Positions 41,377 to 50,950 of a DNA stretch of 64,000 nucleotides are shown here, in pieces. The stretch is from contig CAWBOS010000012.1 of the NCBI GenBank assembly GCA_963790475.1, positions 416,001 through 480,000 on the forward strand. Direction: 5' to 3'. How positions within the stretch are numbered: position 1 is the stretch's first letter; every line of letters starts with the position of its first letter. This DNA comes from an uncultured delta proteobacterium (GTDB lineage Bacteria; Desulfobacterota; RBG-13-43-22). The position numbers and the translations under genes were made by a program. The notes under the pieces are model-generated. The model was given only the letters and a program-made list of their open reading frames with translations. It made no database searches and was not told the DNA's origin.

Positions 41377-42999
41377 ATTAACCGCATTTTTGGACAAACC
41401 TCCGGTCTCAAGGCCCTTTATTTAAAAAAACTCGAATCCCTTTTTCGCCGTCAGATAAATCCTGCCCAAATTGTTTCGCCAGAATTGGCCTCTTTCCTGG
41501 CCCAACTTTCCTTCGAACTCAATCGTCAAATCGGTCTGTTAGTCAATAGGAAAGGCGGGATTGAAACCGTGATCCTGGGGGATGACCAATCCATTGTTAT
41601 CCCCCAGTTGCCTCAATCCCGAATTGGAGCCGGCCGGCTCAAGGGCCTGCGCTTACTCCATACCCATTTGAAAGGAGAACCGATCAGCGAGGAGGACAAG
41701 ATGGACCTGGCTTTGTTGCGACTGGACATGGTAACCGCGATCGGGGTCGATTCTGCCGGCCAGGCACAACGGCTGTGTACGGCCCACTTGCTTCCCGATA
41801 ACCCGGAAGGCCAACAATGGATGATTCTGGACTCGGAACAGATCGGGCAATCCGGGGTGGATGTCAGCGGCTTGATCCGCTCCCTCGAAGAAGAATGGGG
41901 CAGAAAGATCGCCTCCAATAAAATTCATACCCGGGGCGAACGGGCTATCCTGGTCAGTGTAACCACCCAGTCCAGGGCTGCGGTCCAGGAATCCATGCAG
42001 GAATTGGAGGAACTGGCCCGTTCGGCCGGTCTGACGGTTTTGGAGACCGTGATCCAATCCAGGAAAGAAGTCAGCCCCAAATTCCTTATGGGCAAAGACC
42101 GGTTGAGCAGCCTTTCCATCCGGGCCCTCCAACTTGGGGCCACCCTTCTTATTTTTGATCAGGATTTGAACCCGTCTCAGGTCCGCTCGTTGACCGATTT
42201 CACCGACCTGAAGGTAATCGACCGCACCCAGTTGATCCTGGATATCTTTGCCCAGCGGGCGAGGACCAGGGAAGGCAAACTCCAGGTGGAGACGGCCCAA
42301 TTGAAATATATGCTGCCTCGCCTGGTCGGGCGGGATGATGCCCTATCCCGTTTGACCGGGGGTATCGGAGGCCGGGGACCCGGGGAAACCAGACTGGAGA
42401 TCGACCGCCGCCGGGTCCGGGATAAAATTAATCGTCTTCAAAAAGAATTGGAAACCATCCGAGCCCAGCGAAAGCAAAGGCGAGGGAAAAGAAACCGGAA
42501 GGGGTTGCCGGTGATTTCCATCGTCGGCTACACCAATGCCGGTAAAACCACCCTGTTAAACACTCTGACCCACAGCCGTCAGACGGCCGAAGATCTCTAT
42601 TTTGCCACTTTGGATCCAACCAGCCGCCGGCTTAGATTTCCGAAAGATCGTGAAGTCATCATTACTGATACAGTCGGCTTTATAAAAAACCTGCCCAAAG
42701 ATTTGCTGACCGCCTTTCGGGCCACCCTGGAAGAGTTGGAAGAAGCCGACCTCCTGTTACATGTCATTGATGTCAGTCATCCCCGGTTTGAAGACCAGAT
42801 GCTGGTAGTTGAAAATCTGTTGGGAGAGCTTGACCTTTCCCGGATCCGAATCCTTCGGGTATTCAGCAAAGTTGATCTGGTTTCCAAAGAATATGCTGCC
42901 ACCCAGTGTGCCCGCTATCAGGCCATCCCGGTTTGCGCTTTACAGGAAGAGACTCTAAAGGAATTGCTGGGTGCCATGGAACAAGCGATGGGGAAATAG
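41377..42999 (+). CDS. hflX: GTPase HflX, long form; probable ATT start
   Basis: GIGGRGPGET.LE.DRR, GYTNAGKT, FATLDPT, DTVGF; frame open from ATA 41374/ATT 41377 (IFGQTSGLK) after AAAGGA. Confidence 0.9.
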   Translation: MNRIFGQTSGLKALYLKKLESLFRRQINPAQIVSPELASFLAQLSFELNRQIGLLVNRKGGIETVILGDDQSIVIPQLPQSRIGAGRLKGLRLLHTHLKGEPISEEDKMDLALLRLDMVTAIGVDSAGQAQRLCTAHLLPDNPEGQQWMILDSEQIGQSGVDVSGLIRSLEEEWGRKIASNKIHTRGERAILVSVTTQSRAAVQESMQELEELARSAGLTVLETVIQSRKEVSPKFLMGKDRLSSLSIRALQLGATLLIFDQDLNPSQVRSLTDFTDLKVIDRTQLILDIFAQRARTREGKLQVETAQLKYMLPRLVGRDDALSRLTGGIGGRGPGETRLEIDRRRVRDKINRLQKELETIRAQRKQRRGKRNRKGLPVISIVGYTNAGKTTLLNTLTHSRQTAEDLYFATLDPTSRRLRFPKDREVIITDTVGFIKNLPKDLLTAFRATLEELEEADLLLHVIDVSHPRFEDQMLVVENLLGELDLSRIRILRVFSKVDLVSKEYAATQCARYQAIPVCALQEETLKELLGAMEQAMGK

Positions 43000-43055
43000 T
43001 TGCGATTAGATGATCCGCTCGGAAACCGTCATATAATTTGCAGCACTACCAAAGT

Positions 43056-43928
43056 TTAATTTATAATAATCTTATAACCACAATGAAACTTTTTCCCTGC
43101 TTCCAAAGATAAAATACCCGGCTTTTTGGTTATATCCCCATCACTGTTTGCAGGCGAAGCAACTCCATGCCAAGGCTCAATACATACAAATGGCGCCCCT
43201 GTGGCCGGGGACCAAATACCAAGATAAGGATAGCCGTCAAGGGTAACCGAAACCTTTCTTTGATGATTTTTGCTTGATATGGAAACTGAACCTGACTTGA
43301 AATTTTCCAAAATTATCGCCCTTCTTTTGAATAATCCTTCCGAAAGCCTTACTGTTTTTTCATGATCCAAAAAAGGTTCCTTCTTCTCTATTAATAATGA
43401 ATTCTCCAAGAATCTCCGGTCTAGCTCTTCCTCCTCATCAAATACCAGAGAATAATCCTCCATAGTTTCTCCTTTAAGTAATGGACAATTGAACCCCGGA
43501 TGTTCTCCAATAGAAAACCACATCTTTTCCTTACTCCTGTTAACGATATGATGTCCGACTAAGACCGAATTCTTATCAAGGATATAGGTGTTATAGAGCT
43601 CAAAGGAAAAAGGAAACTTTTTTAGAGTCTGCAGGTTTTCCTTAAGCAAAAAACTCAAGCTGATGTCCGTAGCTTCGATCATTTCAAACTCAGAATCCCT
43701 GGCAAAGCCATGGGGCTCCATTTCATATTCTTTTCCTTTCAGTGTGTATTTACTATTTTTTACAGCACCCACGATTGGGAAAAGGGTTGGTGAATGTCTG
43801 GCCCAGTACCTGGCGTCTCCTTGCCATAAGAATTCCACCCGATCAGAAATGGTTTGAATACTCATGGGCTCTGCACCCAGAGAGTCGGCTTCAAACTTTA
43901 AAAAGTTATTTGAAATTTTATATCGCAT
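43056..43928 (-). CDS. Aldose 1-epimerase family protein (LacX-like)
   Basis: EFLWQGD..YW.RHSP.LFPIVG, HGFARD, FSIG.HPGF, FVCIEPW.G. Confidence 0.88.
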   Translation of the reverse strand: MRYKISNNFLKFEADSLGAEPMSIQTISDRVEFLWQGDARYWARHSPTLFPIVGAVKNSKYTLKGKEYEMEPHGFARDSEFEMIEATDISLSFLLKENLQTLKKFPFSFELYNTYILDKNSVLVGHHIVNRSKEKMWFSIGEHPGFNCPLLKGETMEDYSLVFDEEEELDRRFLENSLLIEKKEPFLDHEKTVRLSEGLFKRRAIILENFKSGSVSISSKNHQRKVSVTLDGYPYLGIWSPATGAPFVCIEPWHGVASPANSDGDITKKPGILSLEAGKKFHCGYKIIIN

Positions 43929-44021
43929 TTAATTTTCTCCGCCAAAATAAATCGGATTATTGGACCATGATATCCAATAAAACCTCCCCCACACTTTCCC
44001 TCGGCCCGTAGATGCCGACGC

Positions 44022-44693
44022 TCATCCAGCCTGTCTGGCAGCAATTAGCTGTCCCCACTTTTCCTTGAAAACGGAAAGGATATTATCCTTGCGGTCTTCC
44101 TTCCAGTCAGGATTCCAACCCAATCCCATATCCTCACCGATCAGGATGATTGAGATCTGGGTCATTCTGGGCTTGGCCTCAATGATGGTGGTGACGGTAC
44201 AGACCCTCATCGGAGATTTGCAGTCCGTGCACTTGCCCTCGACCGCGCAGGGCGTTTTGAGTCCGGCATTCCTGGCTATATTGGGGGCGATCACGCTTTT
44301 AATCCGGTCCAGGGCGGCAGGTACATCTTTGACGAGCTTATTCAACCCGACTATGACGATAACCTGTTTCGGTCCAAAGATCATGCTGGTCACCCGATTA
44401 CCGGTCATGTCGGTATTGACCAGTTTTCCATCCAGAGTGATCGCATTGCTGCCGGTCAGGTAAATTTCCGGACGAGAACGGGTTAACTGACCTCTTTCCA
44501 TCAACACCTCAATGACACCCAGTTGCATCAGGGATGTGGATCCGCCCATACCGACCTTGGCCTCAGGGGGTATCATATCCAAGACCATTTTTGCGGCGTC
44601 GGTGGCCTTCTCAACATATTCCACTGGATCAAAGCGGTTTGATTTTAAAGATTTAATTAGGGTCTGTACTTCTTGTTGATTGATCTCCGTCAT
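44022..44693 (-). CDS. LUD-domain (lactate utilisation/YkgG-like) protein
   Basis: GGS.SL, SNAIT.DG.LVN.D..GNRV..M.FGP, TPC...GKC.DC.SP.RVC. Confidence 0.8.
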   Translation of the reverse strand: MTEINQQEVQTLIKSLKSNRFDPVEYVEKATDAAKMVLDMIPPEAKVGMGGSTSLMQLGVIEVLMERGQLTRSRPEIYLTGSNAITLDGKLVNTDMTGNRVTSMIFGPKQVIVIVGLNKLVKDVPAALDRIKSVIAPNIARNAGLKTPCAVEGKCTDCKSPMRVCTVTTIIEAKPRMTQISIILIGEDMGLGWNPDWKEDRKDNILSVFKEKWGQLIAARQAG

Positions 44694-44744
44694 TAAAAAA
44701 TTCCCTTTCTCTCTTGATAATATGATAAGCTTTTCCTTTTAATT

Positions 44745-44876
44745 GATGGTCCTGTAAAAAGTCGTCACCCCGGCGAAAGCCGGGGTCCAGAAGTTTTCAT
44801 CTTGTTAAAAATCCTGGATTCCGACTTTCGTCGGAATGACGAAAATGAGCTTTCGGCGACTTTTTACGAGGACGTC
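44745..44876. mobile_element. 132-bp MITE with REP-like double-hairpin core
   Basis: TIR GATGGTCCTGTAAAAAGTC / GACTTTTTACGAGGACGTC; core GTCACCCCGGCGAAAGCCGGGGTCCAG..CTGGATTCCGACTTTCGTCGGAATGAC. Confidence 0.72.
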
Positions 44877-44881
44877 ACAAT

Positions 44882-45670
44882 TCATTTCTCCGTCAATTGA
44901 TAAACTTCTTCCATCGAAACCCCTTCCAGACAACAACCTATGGCCCCGTTAAACTGTGGTTCTTTTGGGGTAATGACCGGAAGGCCATACCGTCGGGAAA
45001 GCAAGGTCTCGACTCCTTTATTTAAGGACACCCCCCCGCAAAGGACCAGGGGCAACAGAGGATAGCGGCGGATCATCTGAATGATTCTCCGGGCGATGGA
45101 ATCATTGATCCCGGCGCAGATCCTTTTTAAGGGAATCTTTTCCATAAGAAAACCGATGATCTCGCTTTCTCCAAAAATGGCGCAGGTGTTGTTGATGGTC
45201 ACCGGGTCTTCGGTTTCCAATGAAAGCCTTTTTACGCTCAGGTTCAGCAACCGGGCCATGTTCTCCAGATAGCGGCCGGTTCCGGCCGCGCACTTGTCAT
45301 TCGTCTCAAAATCCATGACCCGTTTTTTCTGGACCCACAGGACCTTACTGTCCTGCCCGCCCAATTCCACCAGGATAAAATCCGTTAAACCGGTTTGAAA
45401 GCAGGCCCCGCGAAAATGGGCACGGATCTCGGTGATGGTTTTGATTTTTTTCCCCATAAGGTTTTTGCCGTAGCCGGTAATGATCAGAGACTTTTCCGGG
45501 CGAAAACCCAAATCGGCCAGGGCCATAAGGTAATTGGTCTTATTCGTCCCCGTTTTCATTCGTTGGGTCAGGAACTGAACCGTATCGAGACGGATTTTCT
45601 TGAAATCCCTAAAGTCATGGGTTTGGACGATCTTGACAAATCGGCTTCCCAGGTCGATTCCAATCGGCAT
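44882..45670 (-). CDS. 2-hydroxyacyl-CoA dehydratase activase (BadF/BcrAD ATPase)
   Basis: GIDLGS, TGYG, ELGGQDSK, NDKCAAGTG.YLE, TCAIFGESE, GAIG. Confidence 0.88.
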   Translation of the reverse strand: MPIGIDLGSRFVKIVQTHDFRDFKKIRLDTVQFLTQRMKTGTNKTNYLMALADLGFRPEKSLIITGYGKNLMGKKIKTITEIRAHFRGACFQTGLTDFILVELGGQDSKVLWVQKKRVMDFETNDKCAAGTGRYLENMARLLNLSVKRLSLETEDPVTINNTCAIFGESEIIGFLMEKIPLKRICAGINDSIARRIIQMIRRYPLLPLVLCGGVSLNKGVETLLSRRYGLPVITPKEPQFNGAIGCCLEGVSMEEVYQLTEK

Positions 45671-45671
45671 A

Positions 45672-46676
45672 TTATCTCCTCAACAGGTCGATAAAGGCTT
45701 CGATACGAAATTTGGTTCGGTTGTCGATGGGCCGGGGTTTGTCTCCTTCCAGGGTCAAGATGGGAAGGGAAAGATGTTTTCGGATCAGAAGGTCCTGAAC
45801 CTGACGAAAGCAGAAAGTCTGGGTATAGTGGATCAGACCGTCCAGTCTTCGTTGCCTTACCGCTTGTTGAATATCTTTAATTCTCCCGAAGATGTCATAG
45901 GGATAAGTGTAGGCCAGATATTGTTGGAACAGATTATGTTTATATTGGGGCATACTGAACTGGCGCTGGATTTCATTGAATACAACCCTGCCCCCCATAT
46001 CTTCAATAAACTCATAAAGTCCGGATTGTATGGGAGGAATGCCGATGTATCCCAGTCGAACCACTTTCTTTAATTTTGGACGATGAGATATAGTCTCTAA
46101 AAAGGTGGTTAGTTCTTCTTCATACCCATTTAAATTTCCATTGAAGTCTGAACTATTGACCAAAAAAAGATGGTTTTCCCAACCATGGACCCTGTTGGTT
46201 TCCCAAGTCTCTTTATCCAGCAAGATGAGTTTTTCCCGGATCGATTTTATCCGTTTCCGGGTTTGGCTTACCTTAGACCAGGACACTCCAAAAGTCTCCA
46301 TCAATGCCTCGATGTTTTTTTTCATTATATCGGGGTTTCGGTCATAGGGATAATTGAAGTGGATGACCTGGATTCCCTGATGATCCAGGATTTCGGTCAG
46401 GGCCTGGGTATTGCTGCAATCCCCCTGGGTGACGGCGATGACGGTTTTGATCTCCGGTCGAGATTTAAGGGCGGAATAAATGCCTTTAATCCAACTGCAT
46501 AGGGTTCGGGGAAAGCCCTTTTCTTCAGCCTCTTCGACCCAAGTCCCCGCTTGAGGAGAGGTGATAAAAATATTATTCAAATCCACAAGGAGGCAGTCGG
46601 CGGCGAACAGGATTTCCACCGGAATAGTAGAAGTGATGCCAATTATTTTATTTGAAATATCAAATTGTTTAGACAT
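45672..46676 (-). CDS. 2-hydroxyacyl-CoA dehydratase subunit (HgdAB/FldBC family)
   Basis: PVE...AA, G.P...CSWIKG, GDCS, DGLIHY.QTFC, R.EAF; adjacent to activase. Confidence 0.8.
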   Translation of the reverse strand: MSKQFDISNKIIGITSTIPVEILFAADCLLVDLNNIFITSPQAGTWVEEAEEKGFPRTLCSWIKGIYSALKSRPEIKTVIAVTQGDCSNTQALTEILDHQGIQVIHFNYPYDRNPDIMKKNIEALMETFGVSWSKVSQTRKRIKSIREKLILLDKETWETNRVHGWENHLFLVNSSDFNGNLNGYEEELTTFLETISHRPKLKKVVRLGYIGIPPIQSGLYEFIEDMGGRVVFNEIQRQFSMPQYKHNLFQQYLAYTYPYDIFGRIKDIQQAVRQRRLDGLIHYTQTFCFRQVQDLLIRKHLSLPILTLEGDKPRPIDNRTKFRIEAFIDLLRR

Positions 46677-46876
46677 TATCATCCTGAATTTATTCGGATT
46701 GGGACCTCTTAAAATCCCTCAATTCTTTTAAACCACAAGAGCCGGCAGGAGTCAAACAAGAAAGAGAGATTGGATATCCGGCAGGGGCAAATAACTTGAT
46801 TCCTTTATCTTTTTACTTTATACTTCTGGTTATTAATAAATAGTAATGGATTCTGCAATTTAAATCTTGGGATTGA

Positions 46877-47185
46877 ATGCCTTCTGATAAGAAAAAGACC
46901 AAAGCAACCGTCGATCAGGTAAGGGACCCCCAAAAGGTACGATCTCCTAAGGACCAGACACCGGTCGCGGAAGAAGACCAACAGACCAGGGAGTTCCTGT
47001 TTAAAGCTTTCCATGACATGAGAAACCCATTGCAGGCCATTATGGGGTATACCAGTCTGGTCTTAAGAAAAACGAGGGATCAGATTCCGGAAAAACAGCA
47101 AGAGAATTTGGAGAAAGTCCTTCAAAGCGCACAACGATTAAACGAAATAGTGGATCGGATGGTAGCCTTTTATCGTGAGAAATAA
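46877..47185 (+). CDS. Stand-alone HisKA (phosphoacceptor) domain protein
   Basis: EFLFKAFHDMRNPLQAIMGYTSL...SAQRLNEIVD then stop; no ATPase domain. Confidence 0.7.
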   Translation: MPSDKKKTKATVDQVRDPQKVRSPKDQTPVAEEDQQTREFLFKAFHDMRNPLQAIMGYTSLVLRKTRDQIPEKQQENLEKVLQSAQRLNEIVDRMVAFYREK

Positions 47186-47268
47186 CTAAAAACATGCCTA
47201 ATATTAGTTAGTGGATTATTTGTGCCTGTTTTAACGATTATTTTCGACAAGGGGAGGACCCGGAAATC

Positions 47269-48675
47269 ATGCCAGAGCCGTTTCAGATCTTGATCGCAGA
47301 AGATGATCCTCTGGAGGCCGATCTTCTTTCTCAGGAATTGGCCGACAATGGTTATAAAATCCGATGGGCCGAAGACGGGGAAAAAGCACTGTATCTTATC
47401 AAACAATTCTTACCCGATCTGGTCCTGTTAGACATCATACTGCCCAAAATGGATGGTTTTGAGGTGGTGAGGCAAATTAAAACCAATGCCAAGACCCGTA
47501 CTATTCCGGTCATCATGGTTACCGCTCTGGCCGATATGGATGAACGGGTGAAAGGGCTCGATTCCGGAGCCGACGATTATATCACCAAACCTTTTAAAAC
47601 CTTTGAGTTATTGGCCCGGGTGCGGTCGATGCTTCGAATTCGGAAGATGTATTTGGATCTGACTTCCACCAGGGCCAAACTGAAAGAATCCAAAGAGGAA
47701 AACAGCCTTCTGAAAAAAGAGATCCAGGGAAAATATTCCTTCGAAAACATAATCGGCCGCAGCCTGGCCATAAAAAAGGTTTTTTATCTGATGGAAAAAG
47801 CCATAGAAAGCCCGGTAACCGTGCTGATCCAGGGGGAAACGGGAACCGGCAAGGAACTGGTGGCCCGTTCCATCCATTACAACAGTACTCGAAAAGATAA
47901 ACATTTTGTGGCCCAGAATTGTGCCGCTCTGCCTGAGAGCCTGCTGGAAAGCGAACTCTTCGGCCACAAAAGAGGGGCCTTTACCGGTGCGGTGGCCGAT
48001 AAAAAAGGACTTTTTGAAATGGCCCATAAGGGGACCATCTTTCTGGATGAAGTTGGAGATACCCCCTTGTCATTGCAGGTCCGGCTTCTAAGGGTTTTGC
48101 AGGAGGGGGAAATCCGCCGTGTCGGTGAGGTAAACCCCATCAAGGTGGATGTTCGGGTCATCGCCGCCACTCATCAGGATTTAAAGGCCGAGATCGAGGC
48201 CGGGAGATTCCGGGAGGATCTTTACTACCGGATCCAGGCTTTTCCCATACCCCTGCCTCCATTGCGGGACCGGGGAGGAGATATTCCCTTATTAGCCGAA
48301 CACTTTTTAAAAAAATACTGTCAACGTCTGGAAAAAGAATGCCGATTCAGTCCCGAGTGCCTCTCTTTGCTGGATAAATACCCATTTCCAGGAAATATCC
48401 GGGAATTGGAAAATGAAATAGCCAGGGCCTTGACCCTGGCAACGGATCAGGGGACCATTACCCCTGATTTATTATCGGATTCCATAACGAAGACAACCGA
48501 CATCCCCCTCGGCGTCAAGCAAGGTACCGTTCATGCCGTTACCGACCGTCTGGAAAGGTCGCTGGTTCAAAAAGCCCTGGAAGAGTTTGGGGGCAATAGA
48601 ACTCGGACGGCCGAAAAGCTGGGCCTGAGCCGCCGGGGTTTGCTAAATAAGATTAGAAGATATGGATTGGAATAA
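47269..48675 (+). CDS. Sigma-54-dependent response regulator
   Basis: REC (EDD, D.ILP.MDG), GETGTGKE, GAFTGA, FPGNIREL, Fis HTH. Confidence 0.94.
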   Translation: MPEPFQILIAEDDPLEADLLSQELADNGYKIRWAEDGEKALYLIKQFLPDLVLLDIILPKMDGFEVVRQIKTNAKTRTIPVIMVTALADMDERVKGLDSGADDYITKPFKTFELLARVRSMLRIRKMYLDLTSTRAKLKESKEENSLLKKEIQGKYSFENIIGRSLAIKKVFYLMEKAIESPVTVLIQGETGTGKELVARSIHYNSTRKDKHFVAQNCAALPESLLESELFGHKRGAFTGAVADKKGLFEMAHKGTIFLDEVGDTPLSLQVRLLRVLQEGEIRRVGEVNPIKVDVRVIAATHQDLKAEIEAGRFREDLYYRIQAFPIPLPPLRDRGGDIPLLAEHFLKKYCQRLEKECRFSPECLSLLDKYPFPGNIRELENEIARALTLATDQGTITPDLLSDSITKTTDIPLGVKQGTVHAVTDRLERSLVQKALEEFGGNRTRTAEKLGLSRRGLLNKIRRYGLE

Positions 48676-48715
48676 CAGGAAGATGATCTTCCTGTATCGC
48701 CTTATCTGAGTTTAT

Positions 48716-49330
48716 ATGTCGAAATATCCTTATACGGGTATTATATTAGCTGGCGGGCTGAACCGCCGAATGGACGGCCGGAACAAGGCCCTGCTTTCTG
48801 TAGGAGATCAGTCCATTATCGGCCGACAGATCGAACTTTTTGAGGAGTTATTCGAACAGGTAATCCTGGTCACCAATCAACCCCTGGAGTTTGTATCCTG
48901 GGAAGGCTTGATTGTCAGTGATTTACTTCCGGTTCGCAGCTCATTATCCGGAATTCATGCCGGTCTCTTTTACACCCGGTCTTCTCATGCTTTTATCGCG
49001 GCCTGTGATATGCCTTTTTTGAAGAGAGAAATGATCCAGCTTCTGATTAAAAACCTGGAACCTAAATGGGATGTGATCGTCCCGGTGACCAAGGAAGGAT
49101 ATCAACCCCTTTGTGCCCTTTACTCCAAACGGTGCTTAAAGATCATTGAAGATCAGGTATCCAAAGGGGACATGAAGATTTCCAAATTGTATTCCAAAAT
49201 AAAAGTAAAAAAAATTGCCGAAGAAAGCCTAAGAGAAATCGATCCCGATCTGATTTCTTTTTTCAATATCAACACCCAGGAGGATCTGGCCCTCTCCCAA
49301 AAAATGAGGGCCGCCTTAACCAATGGATGA
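48716..49330 (+). CDS. mobA: Molybdenum cofactor guanylyltransferase
   Basis: ILAGG..RRM.G.NKALL, ACDMPF, PLCA.Y, FFNINT.ED. Confidence 0.9.
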   Translation: MSKYPYTGIILAGGLNRRMDGRNKALLSVGDQSIIGRQIELFEELFEQVILVTNQPLEFVSWEGLIVSDLLPVRSSLSGIHAGLFYTRSSHAFIAACDMPFLKREMIQLLIKNLEPKWDVIVPVTKEGYQPLCALYSKRCLKIIEDQVSKGDMKISKLYSKIKVKKIAEESLREIDPDLISFFNINTQEDLALSQKMRAALTNG

Positions 49331-50117
49331 CCAAAACCCGGGATTTGAAACCGCTAAGGTTTTTAAATGGACGGAAAAGGGACTCATAGAACAGGACCGG
49401 CCCATTATCCGGGAAGTCCCCGTGACCATTTATTTGAATGACCATGAAATCGTCACCCTGCTTTGCCTGGGGGACCATCTGAAAAGTCTGGCCGTCGGAT
49501 TTTTAAAGTCCGAAGGACTTATCAACCGGGTTGACGACCTTAAGTCGGTTTTTGTGGATGAAGCCAACCGGCTGGTCCGGGTGGAAATGGAAGAAGACAC
49601 CGATCTGGCGGAAAAACTTTTTCTGCGACGGACGGTAACCTCCGGATGTGGTAAGGGGACGACTTTCTATAACGCCCTGGATACGTTGATCACGGGGAAA
49701 ATCACTTCCCCTTTAAAAATAAGGGTTGATCAGGTTTTTCATTTAATGCGCCGTTTGGCAGAAGATTCAGAATTATACAAGATAACCGGGGGCACGCATA
49801 ATTCCGCCTTGGCCACGGCCGAAGACCTGGTGTTGTTCAGGACTGATATAGGCCGCCATAATGCCGTGGATAAGATCTACGGAGAATGCTTTCTGAATAA
49901 TATCTTCCTCGAAGACAAAGTTTTGGTGACCACCGGACGGATCACCTCGGAGATATTGATCAAGACCGGGCGCATGGGGATCCCGATTTTGATTTCTCGT
50001 TCAGCAGCCACCTCTCTGGCCATTTCCCTGGCCGGGCAAATCGGTGTGGCCCTGATCGGGTATGTACGGGGGAAGAATTTGATTGCCTATACTGGACGAG
50101 AACGAGTCAGCGATTAG
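49323..50117 (+). CDS. fdhD: Formate dehydrogenase accessory sulfurtransferase
   Basis: LAVGFL.SEG, TSGCG, TGGTH, DIGRHNAVDK, TGRI.SE. Confidence 0.92.
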   Translation: MDDQNPGFETAKVFKWTEKGLIEQDRPIIREVPVTIYLNDHEIVTLLCLGDHLKSLAVGFLKSEGLINRVDDLKSVFVDEANRLVRVEMEEDTDLAEKLFLRRTVTSGCGKGTTFYNALDTLITGKITSPLKIRVDQVFHLMRRLAEDSELYKITGGTHNSALATAEDLVLFRTDIGRHNAVDKIYGECFLNNIFLEDKVLVTTGRITSEILIKTGRMGIPILISRSAATSLAISLAGQIGVALIGYVRGKNLIAYTGRERVSD

Positions 50118-50130
50118 TCGGTATAAAATA

Positions 50131-50222
50131 AAGTTCGGGGTTCAGAGTTCGGAGTAAAAAGGCAAGAGACGGAAAGCAAAGGGCATGGAGCATAGAGCAC
50201 AGGGCAAAGGGTATAGGGTAGG
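50131..50222. repeat. Degenerate heptamer repeat tract
   Basis: AGTTCGG/GGTTCAG/AGTTCGG and GGGCATG/GAGCATA/GAGCACA/GGGCAAA/GGGTATA. Confidence 0.6.
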
Positions 50223-50286
50223 ATAAGATGTTCAAGGCCCGGAAACTTCGGCAAGCCCTTCGAAAAATTCAGAGCCTTAAAATTTT

Positions 50287-50537
50287 TCAGATTGAAAGGA
50301 ATTTGGCAATCTCTTCGATAATGACCGGCAGATTGGGTTGGGTAAAGCTCATCGCTGGAGCCGGAATACGGTTTTGCTTTGGGTTGGGGGCGAGGTGCTT
50401 GTGATGCGGGTCAGAGCTCTGCAAGACAGGGTTATCAGGATGGGGTTGCGAGTCGTACCAATATAATTTTTCATCGCCCCGCCAAACTTTCATAAGAATA
50501 GTTCGTAATCTTCGGGCGTTCGGAGGGGATTATTCAT
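50287..50537 (-). pseudogene. DUF6516 (TumE-like) gene with internal deletion
   Basis: MNNPLRTPEDYELFL* joined out of frame to VWRGDEKLYWYDSQPHP..HHKH; start overlaps upstream stop (TAATG). Confidence 0.65.
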
Positions 50538-50806
50538 TAGGCGGCTACATGGATGAGGCCGGCTAAACTTGAATCATGTTGTTGTAACCGTTCGACTTCG
50601 TTCCGGTATTGAGCCTGGCGGTTGAGCCAGGTCCGATAGATGCTGGCCCATTCCCCAAAATCCAATGTCCAGGTATCATCCTCGGGCTCTTCCCCGCTGA
50701 TGTAGGCCGCATAAAAGGTCTCGGACCGAATTCCAAATTTGCGCTCGAATTTAAGCAGTTCTTCTTCGAGGGCATGAATATCGGTTAATAGAGGTTGAAT
50801 ATTCAT
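50537..50806 (-). CDS. Putative antitoxin partner of the DUF6516 gene
   Basis: L..FERKFG.RS..FY..Y..G....DF.EW pattern; translationally coupled. Confidence 0.6.
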   Translation of the reverse strand: MNIQPLLTDIHALEEELLKFERKFGIRSETFYAAYISGEEPEDDTWTLDFGEWASIYRTWLNRQAQYRNEVERLQQHDSSLAGLIHVAA

Positions 50807-50950
50807 TGTGGGGCTCCAGCCACTATCTTATTATAATTGTTCTTAATACTTTGTTAATTAAAAATAAATAAAAACCGATCAAAAATCAAGAAAAAAGGAA
50901 ACGATGGCTTTTTCTTCAAAATGGTCTCAATGACCCGGTAAATAGTTTTA

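Noticed and set aside
40012-42999. dnaB-hflX readthrough fusion (same frame)
   Set aside because: TAA stop at the normal DnaB end and a separate RBS for hflX
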